Assembly: GCA_046758505.1 (NCBI GenBank)
Contig: JBHIAH010000072.1
Coordinates: 1 to 13,579 of the forward strand
Length of the DNA stretch: 13,579 nucleotides
Source of the DNA: Candidatus Methylomirabilales bacterium
GTDB taxonomy: Bacteria; Methylomirabilota; Methylomirabilia; Methylomirabilales; CSP1-5
Direction: 5' to 3'
The position numbers and the translations under genes were made by a program. Shown here piece after piece: positions 1-7,951 of the stretch. The first letter of the stretch is position 1, and each line of letters begins with the position of its first letter. The notes beneath the pieces were generated by a model that had not been told where the DNA came from, did not search any database, and was given only the letters and a program-made list of their open reading frames with translations.

Positions 1-74
1 TGGCTGCGGGGCGAGGACTCGAACCTCGACAACCTGATCCAGAGTCAGGCGGACTACCATTATCCGACCCCGCA
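1..74 (-). tRNA. tRNA-Gln (anticodon CTG), CCA encoded
   Basis: Reverse complement folds as a cloverleaf: acceptor TGCGGGG/CCCCGCA plus GCCA end; D arm GGA-TAATGGTAG-TCC; anticodon arm CCTGA-CT-CTG-GA-TCAGG; T arm CGAGG-TTCGAGT-CCTCG. Confidence 0.97.
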
Positions 75-161
75 ATGGCTCTTCAGGAATCAATAAAGAG
101 GCCCGGATTCAGGGAATCCGGGCGACGGACGGCCTCACTATTGCCGAGGGGTCCTGGAAAG

Positions 162-650
162 TCAAGCCGAAAATGGCTCTTTCTGTTCGTGCAGGGTGAT
201 GACTTTGGTCACCGTGTACGCCTTCACGCCCCCGGGCGTTTGGATGCGAACTCCTTCCCCCGCCCGTCGGCCCACCAGGCCGCGGCCGATCGGGGAGGCG
301 ATGGAGACCCACCCCTTCTCTCCATTGCTTTCCTCGGCCGCCACCAGCTTCACCACGCGTTCCCCGCCATGGTCGGTGTCCCGCAGGTGGACGATCGAGC
401 CGAACCCCACGCGATCCTGCGGGACGGACTTCGGGTCGATCGCCGAGAGGGAAGCGATCCGCTGCTGCAGAGAGACGATCCGCGCCTGGACGAATCCCTG
501 TCGTTCTTTGATTGCATGGTAATCGGCGTTTTCAGTCAGGTCTCCCAGGCCCCGGGCCGCCTCGATTTTCTGCGGGATATCGACCCTGAACTCCTTTTCC
601 AAGGCGCTGAGCTCCGCCCGGAGACTGTTGACCAGCTTTTGCAGATCCAC
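162..650 (-). CDS. greA: Transcription elongation factor GreA/GreB family
   Basis: 162 aa. Coiled-coil tip motif ARGLGDLTENADYH with both acidic residues; C-terminal VGFGSIV and VSIASPIGRGLVG; GGAGGA RBS before the GTG start. Confidence 0.92.
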   Translation of the reverse strand: MDLQKLVNSLRAELSALEKEFRVDIPQKIEAARGLGDLTENADYHAIKERQGFVQARIVSLQQRIASLSAIDPKSVPQDRVGFGSIVHLRDTDHGGERVVKLVAAEESNGEKGWVSIASPIGRGLVGRRAGEGVRIQTPGGVKAYTVTKVITLHEQKEPFSA

Positions 651-680
651 ACCGGTCCTCCTCTCTCTCCTGGTGGCACC

Positions 681-2123
681 TTACGCGTTACTCCGTCGTA
701 GCGCAGCTCCGAGGCGCTCCAAACAGGCTTCGCGGCCTACAAGCTCCATCACGAGAAACAGCGGTGGGCTCACCGACCGACCGGTCAGGGCCACCCGGCT
801 GGGCTGGGCAACGTCTCCCAGCTTGAGCCGCTTCTCCGCCACGAAATCCCGATAGAGCCTTTCGAGACTTGCGGCATCAAAACTGCCGATCCCCTGCAGT
901 CTCTCGTGGAGCTCCCGAAGGGGCTCCAGGGCCTCGGGCTGAAGATACTTCTCCACGGCCTGGACATCAACGTCCGTCGCCACGCGAAACAGGAAAAGGG
1001 ACGCCTGGGCGAGATCCCCGAGTGTCTTCGCCCGCTCCCGGAACGCCCGGATGACGGCCTCCCCGAAGGTCCCCGCTTTCCCCGAGCTCGACCAGCCCGC
1101 CGCCTTGGCTTCGATCTCCTCCGGCGAGATCCCGGCCTGGCGATAGAACGGGACCAGCAAGTCGGCCAGGCGCTTTGGGTCTGCCTCGCGGAGGTAATGG
1201 GCATTCAGCCAATCCAGCTTGGCCTGGTCGAAGATGGCCGGGGTATCCCCCACCCGCGCAATATCGAAATACCGCACGAGTTCCTCCCGGTTGAAGATCT
1301 CCTGATCCCCATGAGACCATCCCAGGCGGACGAGGTAATTCACCATCGCCTCTGGGAGATAGCCCAGCTCCCGAAAGGCCAGTACCGAGGTCGCCCCATG
1401 GCGCTTGGACAGGCGCGTGCGATCCGGTCCCAGAATCATCGGGACGTGGGCAAATCGGGGCAGGGGAAAGTCCAAGGCGCGGTACACCTGAATCTGCTTC
1501 GGGGTGTTGGACAGATGGTCATCCCCCCGAATCACATGGGTCACCCGCAGCAGCGCGTCATCAACCACCACGGCAAAGTTGTACGTCGGCAGTCCGTCCG
1601 ACCGCATCAGGATGAAGTCATCGAGTTCCGCGTTGTCAAAGCAGACCGCGCCATGGATGAGGTCCTCAACGACCGTCATCCCCGCATCCGTCACCCGAAG
1701 GCGGAGCGCCCACGGCTTTCCCGCCTCCGCCTGCCGCTCCCAACACCGGCCGTCGTACCGGGGAGAGCGTCCCTCCGCCACCGCCATCTTCCGGCGCTCC
1801 TCGAGTTCCTCGGGAGTGCAGGTGCACCGATAGGCCTTGCCACTCTCGAGCAGCCGGTCGGCATACTCTCGGTAGATTGCAAACCGCGCCGCCTGCCGCA
1901 CGGGACCCTCATCCCAATCAAGCCCGAGCCACCGCAGGCTCTCGACGATCGCCTCGACCGACGCTTCTGTGGAACGGTCCACATCGGTGTCCTCGATCCG
2001 TAAGATATAAGTCCCGCCGTGATGGCGGGCGAACAGCCAATTGTACAGAGCCGTTCGCGCCCCGCCCACGTGGAGATACCCGGTGGGGGACGGGGCAAAC
2101 CGGACCCGAACCCGCTCGCTCAT
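681..2123 (-). CDS. gltX: Glutamate--tRNA ligase
   Basis: Starts MSERVRVRFAPSPTGYLHVGG (HIGH-like). Has LRIEDTD, CTC...YDGRC Zn knuckle, HVIRGDDHLSNTPKQ, RLSKRHG (KMSKS-like) and C-terminal RVALTG..SPP. Start moved from 2348 to the ATG at 2123 (480 aa). Confidence 0.97.
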   Translation of the reverse strand: MSERVRVRFAPSPTGYLHVGGARTALYNWLFARHHGGTYILRIEDTDVDRSTEASVEAIVESLRWLGLDWDEGPVRQAARFAIYREYADRLLESGKAYRCTCTPEELEERRKMAVAEGRSPRYDGRCWERQAEAGKPWALRLRVTDAGMTVVEDLIHGAVCFDNAELDDFILMRSDGLPTYNFAVVVDDALLRVTHVIRGDDHLSNTPKQIQVYRALDFPLPRFAHVPMILGPDRTRLSKRHGATSVLAFRELGYLPEAMVNYLVRLGWSHGDQEIFNREELVRYFDIARVGDTPAIFDQAKLDWLNAHYLREADPKRLADLLVPFYRQAGISPEEIEAKAAGWSSSGKAGTFGEAVIRAFRERAKTLGDLAQASLFLFRVATDVDVQAVEKYLQPEALEPLRELHERLQGIGSFDAASLERLYRDFVAEKRLKLGDVAQPSRVALTGRSVSPPLFLVMELVGREACLERLGAALRRSNA

Positions 2124-2204
2124 CTGTCCCTCGCTCAGATCCCCGGGAATGGCGCCGTCTGTCCCCCCGGCCGAACTCCGGCAGTGCCCGGGCGAGGACT
2201 TCTT

Positions 2205-2234
2205 ATTATCCCCACGCGGAAACGAAGCCGTCAA
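2205..2234 (-). promoter_or_regulatory. Candidate sigma70 promoter for gltX-greA-tRNA
   Basis: TTGACG (2234-2229), 18 nt spacer, GATAAT (2210-2205), about 80 nt upstream of the gltX ATG. Confidence 0.55.
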
Positions 2235-2496
2235 CTTCTTTCCGACTGCTTCATTCGGCAGCCACAAGGCACCCCAGCGATCGTCCCTGGGACGCTGGTC
2301 GCCCACGCCTCGGAGACCGAGACTCGGGCGGTAACGCGCGAAGGACAAAGCTCGGTGACGTCCTGTTCGCGGTGTTCCTTCTCGGCTCAGCGGAGTCGGG
2401 AATCGGAACCGGACGGGGGACTCGTGCCCCTCTTAGCGCAGCAGTTGGCAGTTCGCACGCGGTCCTCGCCGCTCCAGACGCGGAAAGCCGCCCCCC

Positions 2497-4512
2497 TTAC
2501 CGACGCCGAGACTCCGGCTCCGGCGCCGCCCGAAGCAGATCGTGGACCAGATGAAGGAGTCGGTCCAGGCGGAAGGGCTTTTCGAGCAGCCGATCGATCC
2601 CCGATGTCTCCTGCTCCGCCTGACTCACGGTTGCGTTCCACCCGGTGCACAGGATGACCTTGACCTCCGGGTACAGCCCGCGGATCTTTCGCGTCACCTC
2701 CAGCCCGGTGAGGTCCGGCATACCCAGATCCGTGACCACGACATCGAACGGCTCTGCCCGAAATACCTCGACACCCTCAAACCCGGACCCGACCCCCACC
2801 GCCATATGTCCTTCCAACCTCAGGAGATTGGTGACGACCTCACGCAGGTGGGGTTCATCGTCGATGACCAGGATGCGCCCGGTCCGACGCCCCGCCTGGG
2901 TGGAGAGGGCTTCCGGGCTTCCGGGAAGCTCGGCGGGGACCGGAAACCCGACGCAAAACCTGCTCCCCTGGCCGGGCTCACTCTCCACCGTGATCGAGCC
3001 ACCGTGGCGGGCGACGATCCCGTAGGAGGTACTGAGACCCAAACCGGTCCCCTTCACCCCCTTGGTGGTGAAGAAAGGATCAAAGATCTTCTGTCGCACC
3101 TCCTCGGTCATTCCGACCCCGCTGTCCTCAAAGATCGCCTCGACCCACGGCCCTTCATCCCGGCCGGGCTCAAAGCGGGTCGAGACGTTCAGGCACCCCC
3201 CATTCGGCATGGCGTCGAGCGCATTGAGGATAACGTTCGTAAAGACCTCCCGAAGCTCTGCCGCGTTCCCGGTAATCAGGGGGATCTCGGAGAGCGCCCT
3301 GACCACCTCGATTCGGGCCCCCCGGAGCTCCGCCTCGTCCTTCCACCGGGCCTGCGTGAACTGCAGCACCTCGGTGATCACGCAATTGATATCGACAGAG
3401 GCCATCGATTCGGGTGCCCCCGTCCGGGCAAAGTCCTGGAGCCGGCGGACCGTGCTCGCCCCATCCAGAGCGGATTGCTGGATGCTGTTCAGCCATCGCT
3501 TCAGCTCGTTGTCCTGCGCCTGCCGCAACAAGAGATCTGTCCTGGCCACGATGGCTGCCAGCACGTTGTTGATGTTGTGGGCCACCCCGGCCGCGAGCGT
3601 CCCAAGCGCCGCCAGCTTTTCCGAGCGCATCACCTGCTGGTCCCACTGCTTCCGCTCGGTAATGTCGGTGACCAACACGATCGTCCCGAGAAACTCCCCA
3701 CTGGGTCCCCGCCGCGGCGTGCTGCTCACCAGAGCGGAGAACGTGCTCCCATCTTTTCGGAACATCCGGGTCTCAAAGATGCCGGCCCGGTCGCGTCGGT
3801 TGAGCCTGGACAGGTCGCTCGCACGAAATCCCGGGGGGGGCTGAGGCTCCGGCCTCCCCAACCGCCCCGGGCCTTCCCATGGCGCGTAGCCCAGCATTTC
3901 ATAGATCTGGCGGTTCCCGAATGCCCACCGCCCTTCGGCATCCAACACCAGGATCCCCACATCGGTCGCATCGATCAGGGTGGTGTTCAGGTCCCGGAGC
4001 TGCCGAGACTCCTCCTGCTCATCTGGGGAGTCAAGCGCGGGGCGAACCTGTGGACCGGCCGTGGAGTCGAGCTGCCCGATGGTCCGCCCCATGACTTGGC
4101 CGAGCATCTGCAGAAACCGGAGGTCACGCGGGGCAAAGTGGCCTCGCCGCCGGCTGTAGAGCGCCAGAAATCCGGTCTCCGTCCCCCCTCTCCCGAGGGG
4201 CACGCTGGCGAACGATCGGATTTTTTGCTCGCCCGCCGGCAACGGGCAGTCGGGGGGTAGATCATCGAGGAGAAGCGTCTCGCGGCAGGGATCGAGATCT
4301 TCCCGGCCGATCCCCTCCGGGTGGGAAGGGCTCCAGGGAGCAGCCCAACTCCCCCGACCGCGACACAGGGCGGGTACGAAAGCGGCGGTCGTCTCGTCCC
4401 AGATCCAGAGAACGCCGGCCTCTGCCTCTAAAAGCCCCACGAGCTGCTCGAGCACAGGGCCGAAGATAGCGTCGAAATCTCGGTTCTCCTGGGGCATTCG
4501 GTCAAACGGCAT
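2497..4512 (-). CDS. Cytoplasmic hybrid sensor histidine kinase (GAF-PAS-HisKA-HATPase-REC)
   Basis: 671 aa. GAF (SFASVPL..GFLAL..F...DLRFL); PAS/PAC (RKDGSTF..DITERK); H box GVAHNINN; N box NVILNALDAM; G1 DSGVGM; F box IFDPFFTTK; G2 GTGLGL; receiver ILVIDDE..TDLGMP..TG..KPF. No obvious transmembrane helix. Confidence 0.93.
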   Translation of the reverse strand: MPFDRMPQENRDFDAIFGPVLEQLVGLLEAEAGVLWIWDETTAAFVPALCRGRGSWAAPWSPSHPEGIGREDLDPCRETLLLDDLPPDCPLPAGEQKIRSFASVPLGRGGTETGFLALYSRRRGHFAPRDLRFLQMLGQVMGRTIGQLDSTAGPQVRPALDSPDEQEESRQLRDLNTTLIDATDVGILVLDAEGRWAFGNRQIYEMLGYAPWEGPGRLGRPEPQPPPGFRASDLSRLNRRDRAGIFETRMFRKDGSTFSALVSSTPRRGPSGEFLGTIVLVTDITERKQWDQQVMRSEKLAALGTLAAGVAHNINNVLAAIVARTDLLLRQAQDNELKRWLNSIQQSALDGASTVRRLQDFARTGAPESMASVDINCVITEVLQFTQARWKDEAELRGARIEVVRALSEIPLITGNAAELREVFTNVILNALDAMPNGGCLNVSTRFEPGRDEGPWVEAIFEDSGVGMTEEVRQKIFDPFFTTKGVKGTGLGLSTSYGIVARHGGSITVESEPGQGSRFCVGFPVPAELPGSPEALSTQAGRRTGRILVIDDEPHLREVVTNLLRLEGHMAVGVGSGFEGVEVFRAEPFDVVVTDLGMPDLTGLEVTRKIRGLYPEVKVILCTGWNATVSQAEQETSGIDRLLEKPFRLDRLLHLVHDLLRAAPEPESRRR

Positions 4513-4546
4513 GACACCCTCTCCGCCGCATAGTTAGCGCAGAAAC

Positions 4547-4563
4547 TGCATACGACATGCCAA
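4547..4563 (-). promoter_or_regulatory. Candidate sigma54 (-24/-12) promoter for the hybrid kinase
   Basis: Minus strand TTGGCATGTCGTATGCA has GG-N10-GC spacing and is close to the consensus TGGCAC-N5-TTGCW. It lies about 35 nt upstream of the ATG and its GGAGAGG RBS. Confidence 0.6.
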
Positions 4564-4592
4564 AAAAGGGGAGCTTCCGCCCCGCCTTGCCC

Positions 4593-4622
4593 TTGACGGC
4601 GACAGATCGGGTTGCGTATAGT
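4593..4622 (+). promoter_or_regulatory. Candidate sigma70 promoter for the TOBE/PHP pair
   Basis: TTGACG (4593-4598), 18 nt spacer, TATAGT (4617-4622). Confidence 0.6.
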
Positions 4623-4674
4623 CGGGAAGCGCGGAGGATTGCATCACCGGCCTGGGATGATAGAGGTGCCGCCG

Positions 4675-5076
4675 ATGGCCCGGCTGTTCCTCGAGAACCG
4701 CACGAAACGGTTTGACGCCGTCATCGCCTCCGGCGAGGGAGGGATCTCCCTCGAGGCCGCCGGTTTTTCTCTCCGACTCCCTCCACTGTCCCATCGTTTC
4801 CTGGAAAAATACTTGGGCCAACGCGTGACCTTCGGGATACGCCCCGAGGACATCCGCGAGGCCGCGGCTACCGCTCCCGAGGCCACCCCGGCCAGGGTGG
4901 AGGGGGTCGAACCCTTGGGGTCCGAGGTCCCCCTGGATATGAGAGTGGGTGACCACCCGGTCGTAGCCAGGGTCACGCCCCAGACCCGGACCGCGCCGCA
5001 CCAGCTCGTCCATCTCTCCTTCTCCCCTGAGAGGATGCACTTCTTTGATCCCGACACGGAGGAAGCCCTCGGATGA
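4675..5076 (+). CDS. MalK/UgpC-like protein reduced to its N-terminal strand plus the C-terminal OB/TOBE regulatory domain; ATPase core absent (possible pseudogene)
   Basis: 133 aa from ATG 4675 (GAGGTG RBS). MARLFLENRTKRF resembles a MalK N-terminus; GIRPED, VEPLGSE and MHFFDPDTEEAL are MalK C-terminal motifs. No Walker A/B or LSGGQ. Confidence 0.75.
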   Translation: MARLFLENRTKRFDAVIASGEGGISLEAAGFSLRLPPLSHRFLEKYLGQRVTFGIRPEDIREAAATAPEATPARVEGVEPLGSEVPLDMRVGDHPVVARVTPQTRTAPHQLVHLSFSPERMHFFDPDTEEALG

Positions 5077-5903
5077 GCGCCTCCTCCCCCACCGGAGCAG
5101 ACCTTCACCTGCACTCCTGCTACTCGGATGGAACCTTCACACCACGAGAGGTCGCCGCCGAGGCGGCCCGCCGCCACGTAAGCCCGATCGCTCTCACCGA
5201 CCACGACACCGTCGCTGGAATTCCGGAGGCCCTCCACGCCGGCGCCGAGATGCAGGTCGAGGTCATCCCGGGCGTGGAACTCTCGGTCCACGACGTCAAC
5301 GGGGACATCCACATGCTGGGATACTTTATCCGCTGGGAAGACGCGGCGCTGCAGCGGACGCTCGACCGCCTTGAGGAAAGGCGCCGGGATCGGCTCCATA
5401 AAATCCTCCGTCGTCTGCATGAACTCGGGGTCCCCCTCTCCGCGGATGAGGTCCTTCGGATCGCCGGGCAGGGCACGGTGGGGAGGCTTCATGTGGCCCG
5501 GGCGCTCCTGGCGCGAGGGGCCGTCGGCACCGTGCAGGAGGCCTTCAATCGATTCCTTGCCGCGGGTCGGCCCGCGTATGTCGAACGGACGGGACTGACT
5601 GCCCCGCAGGCCATCGCAGCCATCCGGCAAGCGGGCGGGATCGCGGTCCTGGCCCATCCAGGCAAAGGCAATCTAGCCGACCTCCCCCGTCTCATCGACG
5701 CAGGCCTCCAGGGAATCGAAGTCTTCCACCCGTCCCATACGACCGAGGAGGTCTTCACCCTCACCCGGGCCGCGACGGAACACGACCTGCTCATCACCGG
5801 CGGCTCCGACTGCCACGGCCTCGCGAAGGGAGAGGCCCGCCTGGGCGAGATCCAGCTCCCCCGGGCACACGTGGAGCGCCTGCGACAGGCCATCCCCCGC
5901 TAA
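5073..5903 (+). CDS. PHP-domain metal-dependent phosphoesterase, YciV/TrpH (RNase AM-like) family
   Basis: 276 aa. DLHLHSCYSDG, LTDHDT, PGVELS, HMLGY, GRLHVA, VLAHPG, GIEVFHP and TGGSDCHG motifs; ATGA overlap with the upstream ORF. Confidence 0.92.
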   Translation: MSASSPTGADLHLHSCYSDGTFTPREVAAEAARRHVSPIALTDHDTVAGIPEALHAGAEMQVEVIPGVELSVHDVNGDIHMLGYFIRWEDAALQRTLDRLEERRRDRLHKILRRLHELGVPLSADEVLRIAGQGTVGRLHVARALLARGAVGTVQEAFNRFLAAGRPAYVERTGLTAPQAIAAIRQAGGIAVLAHPGKGNLADLPRLIDAGLQGIEVFHPSHTTEEVFTLTRAATEHDLLITGGSDCHGLAKGEARLGEIQLPRAHVERLRQAIPR

Positions 5904-5924
5904 CACCCACCACCTCATACCTCA
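5904..5924 (+). repeat. Short degenerate heptamer run in the convergent spacer
   Basis: CACCCAC-CACCTCA-TACCTCA. Confidence 0.35.
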
Positions 5925-5947
5925 CCGTTCGCGCCAGCCACCGCGCT

Positions 5948-6796
5948 TCATCCATCCAACTCACCCTGGGCCAGGAAGGCCCGAAGGGCGTGCCGCCAGG
6001 AGCGGAGTGGTACACCAAACATCTTGAGCCAGGCGCGATTCTCCAGGACCGAGTACCCGGGGCGAGGTGCCGGGCGACTAAGCTTCTGGGAGGAGATCGC
6101 AGTCAGCGTCACTCCCGAAAGGCCCGCGTCGGCAACGATCGCCTGCGCGAATTCGAACCAGGAACAGTGGCCACTATTGGTGAGGTGATACAGGCCAAAG
6201 GGGGCCTTTTCGATGAGGCACGCCACCGCCTCCGCCAGGTCGGCAGTCCACGTCGGGCACCCCACCTGGTCATGGACCACCTCGAGCCTCGGATTCGTCT
6301 TGGCCCGCGTCAGGAGGGTGCGGACAAAACTCCGTCCCTTGCGCCCATAGAGCCACGCCGTCCGAACGATAAAGCATGCATCGAGGTACCGGCGGATCTG
6401 CTCTTCCCCTTCCCACTTGGACCGGCCGTAGACGGAGAGGGGGTTGACCGCATCCTCCTCCCGGTACGGCGTCCCCGTGCGGCCGTCAAAGACATAGTCG
6501 GTGCTGAAGTACACGAGCGGTATCCCGAGCTCCCGGCAGGCCCGGGCCACCTGCCCAGTCCCCTCGGAATTTACCCGGAAGGCCCTGGCCGGATCCTGCT
6601 CACATCCATCGACGTCGGTGTACGCGGCTGCGTGAATGATCAGGTCCGGTTGGAAGGGCCGGAGGGTCGCCGTCACGGCAGGACCGGTCACATCCAAATC
6701 CTTCCGTGAGAGGGGGACCACGCGATGGGTGCGGCCCAGGACCTCGGTGAGATCACTCCCCAAGAGTCCCTCTGCCCCGGTCAGGACCATCTTCAC
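5948..6796 (-). CDS. rfbD: dTDP-4-dehydrorhamnose reductase
   Basis: GTG start overlapping the rfbB stop (GTGA). TGAEGLLG, HAAAYTDVDGCE, STDYVFDG, YGRSK, DQVGCPT and PAPRPGYSVL motifs; 282 aa. Confidence 0.95.
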   Translation of the reverse strand: MKMVLTGAEGLLGSDLTEVLGRTHRVVPLSRKDLDVTGPAVTATLRPFQPDLIIHAAAYTDVDGCEQDPARAFRVNSEGTGQVARACRELGIPLVYFSTDYVFDGRTGTPYREEDAVNPLSVYGRSKWEGEEQIRRYLDACFIVRTAWLYGRKGRSFVRTLLTRAKTNPRLEVVHDQVGCPTWTADLAEAVACLIEKAPFGLYHLTNSGHCSWFEFAQAIVADAGLSGVTLTAISSQKLSRPAPRPGYSVLENRAWLKMFGVPLRSWRHALRAFLAQGELDG

Positions 6797-7842
6797 CGTG
6801 GCGTCCCGCCCTGGTTGGCTGCGGCGGAGAGGCGCGGACCGTACTGCCGCCGGTAGTACTCCTGATACTCCCCCCGCTGGATGCGGCGCCACCAGGCCTC
6901 GTGCTCGACATACCAGCGGATGGTGGCCCGCAGACCATCGGGAAAGGGGTGATTCGGGCCCCAGCCGAGCTCCCGCTGGATCTTTCGGCAGTCCAGGGCG
7001 TAGCGCCGATCATGCCCGGGTCGATCGGCCACGAAGGCAATCAGCGATTCGGGTTTCTCGAGCTCCCGGCAGATCATCCGGGCCACCTCGAGGTTCGTAT
7101 ACTCCGCTCCACCCCCAACATTGTACACCTCTCCCACGCGTCCCGACTCCAGGATCTGGAGCAGGGCCCGACAGTGATCCTCCACAAAGAGCCAGTCCCG
7201 AACATGGAGGCCGTCGCCGTACAGGGGGAGCGGTCGATCCATCAAGGCACTCGTGATGAATAGGGGGATCAGCTTCTCTGGGAACTGAGAGGGGCCATAG
7301 TTGTTGGACGAGCGGACGGTGATGATTGGGAGGCGGTAGGTATGCGCCGAGGCCCGCACGAGCAGGTCCGCTGCCGCCTTGCTCGCGGCGTAGGGACTGT
7401 TGGGGCAGAGCGGATTCTCTTCACTGAAGGCCCCCGTGGGGCCTAACGAGCCGTAGACCTCGTCCGTGGAGATCTGCAGAAAGCGTTCCACCCCGCGCTC
7501 GCGGACAACGTCGAGCAGCGTCTGGGTCCCCACAACATTGGTCCGGACAAAGCCGGAGGAGTCCTCGAGGCTCCGATCCACATGGGTCTCGGCGGCAAAG
7601 TTCACCAGGGCGTCGATGCCCCGGGGCGGACGTAGGAGGGAGTCCATCAGAGATCGATCGCAGATATCGGCCTGGACGAAGCGGAGGCCGGGATGGTCCC
7701 GGAGATCGTCGAGGCTTTCCAGGTTTCCGGCGTAGGTCAGCTTGTCCACGTTCAGGATCTGCCACCCGGGACGATGAGCGAGAAGAAACCGGATGAATTG
7801 CGATCCGATGAAGCCGGCCCCTCCCGTCACGAGGACGCGCAT
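6793..7842 (-). CDS. rfbB: dTDP-glucose 4,6-dehydratase
   Basis: VTGGAGFIGS, DKLTYAGN, NFAAETHVDRS, STDEVYG, YAASKA, NNYGP.QFPEKLIP and DRPGHDRRY motifs. Confidence 0.97.
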   Translation of the reverse strand: MRVLVTGGAGFIGSQFIRFLLAHRPGWQILNVDKLTYAGNLESLDDLRDHPGLRFVQADICDRSLMDSLLRPPRGIDALVNFAAETHVDRSLEDSSGFVRTNVVGTQTLLDVVRERGVERFLQISTDEVYGSLGPTGAFSEENPLCPNSPYAASKAAADLLVRASAHTYRLPIITVRSSNNYGPSQFPEKLIPLFITSALMDRPLPLYGDGLHVRDWLFVEDHCRALLQILESGRVGEVYNVGGGAEYTNLEVARMICRELEKPESLIAFVADRPGHDRRYALDCRKIQRELGWGPNHPFPDGLRATIRWYVEHEAWWRRIQRGEYQEYYRRQYGPRLSAAANQGGTPR

Positions 7843-7853
7843 CTCTCCCCCAA

Positions 7854-7940
7854 TCCGATGACCGGTGACCGACGACGGCTCGACTGAGAGCTTCGAGTGA
7901 GCCTCAGCCGAACTCCTCGCCGAAGTCCGGTGACCGGTGG
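7854..7940. repeat. CCGRYGA heptamer array, left arm of a 22-bp inverted repeat, interrupted at 7877-7927
   Basis: CCGATGA CCGGTGA CCGACGA C[51 bp]CGGTGA CCGGTGG. Bases 7854-7875 match the reverse complement of 8062-8083 at 20/22 positions. Confidence 0.85.
7877..7927. repeat. Nested REP-like palindromic insertion
   Basis: Outer imperfect palindrome GGCTCGACTGAG/CTCGCCGAAGTC encloses the inner one AGCTTCGAGTGAGCCTCAGCCGAACTC. Removing all 51 bp restores the heptamer phase. Confidence 0.65.
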
Positions 7941-7951
7941 ATGATGGCCGA

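Noticed and set aside
1..74. tRNA 3' end as an island attachment site
   Set aside because: No duplicate of the tRNA 3' end and no integrase in the window; the downstream DNA is not visible.
2124..2348. 75-aa N-terminal extension of GltX in the ORF track
   Set aside because: Family similarity begins at MSERVRVRFAPSPTG, and the extension overlaps the candidate promoter.
2240..2440. Lysine or cobalamin riboswitch or T-box upstream of gltX
   Set aside because: Only a partial AGAGGNGC-like word matches, core motifs are missing, and the region lies upstream of the predicted gltX promoter.
2542..4260. 572-aa plus-strand ORF, and similar long ORFs at 75-701, 906-2003, 4644-5657 and 5990-6709
   Set aside because: Antisense shadows of well-supported genes in GC-rich DNA, with no recognisable motifs.
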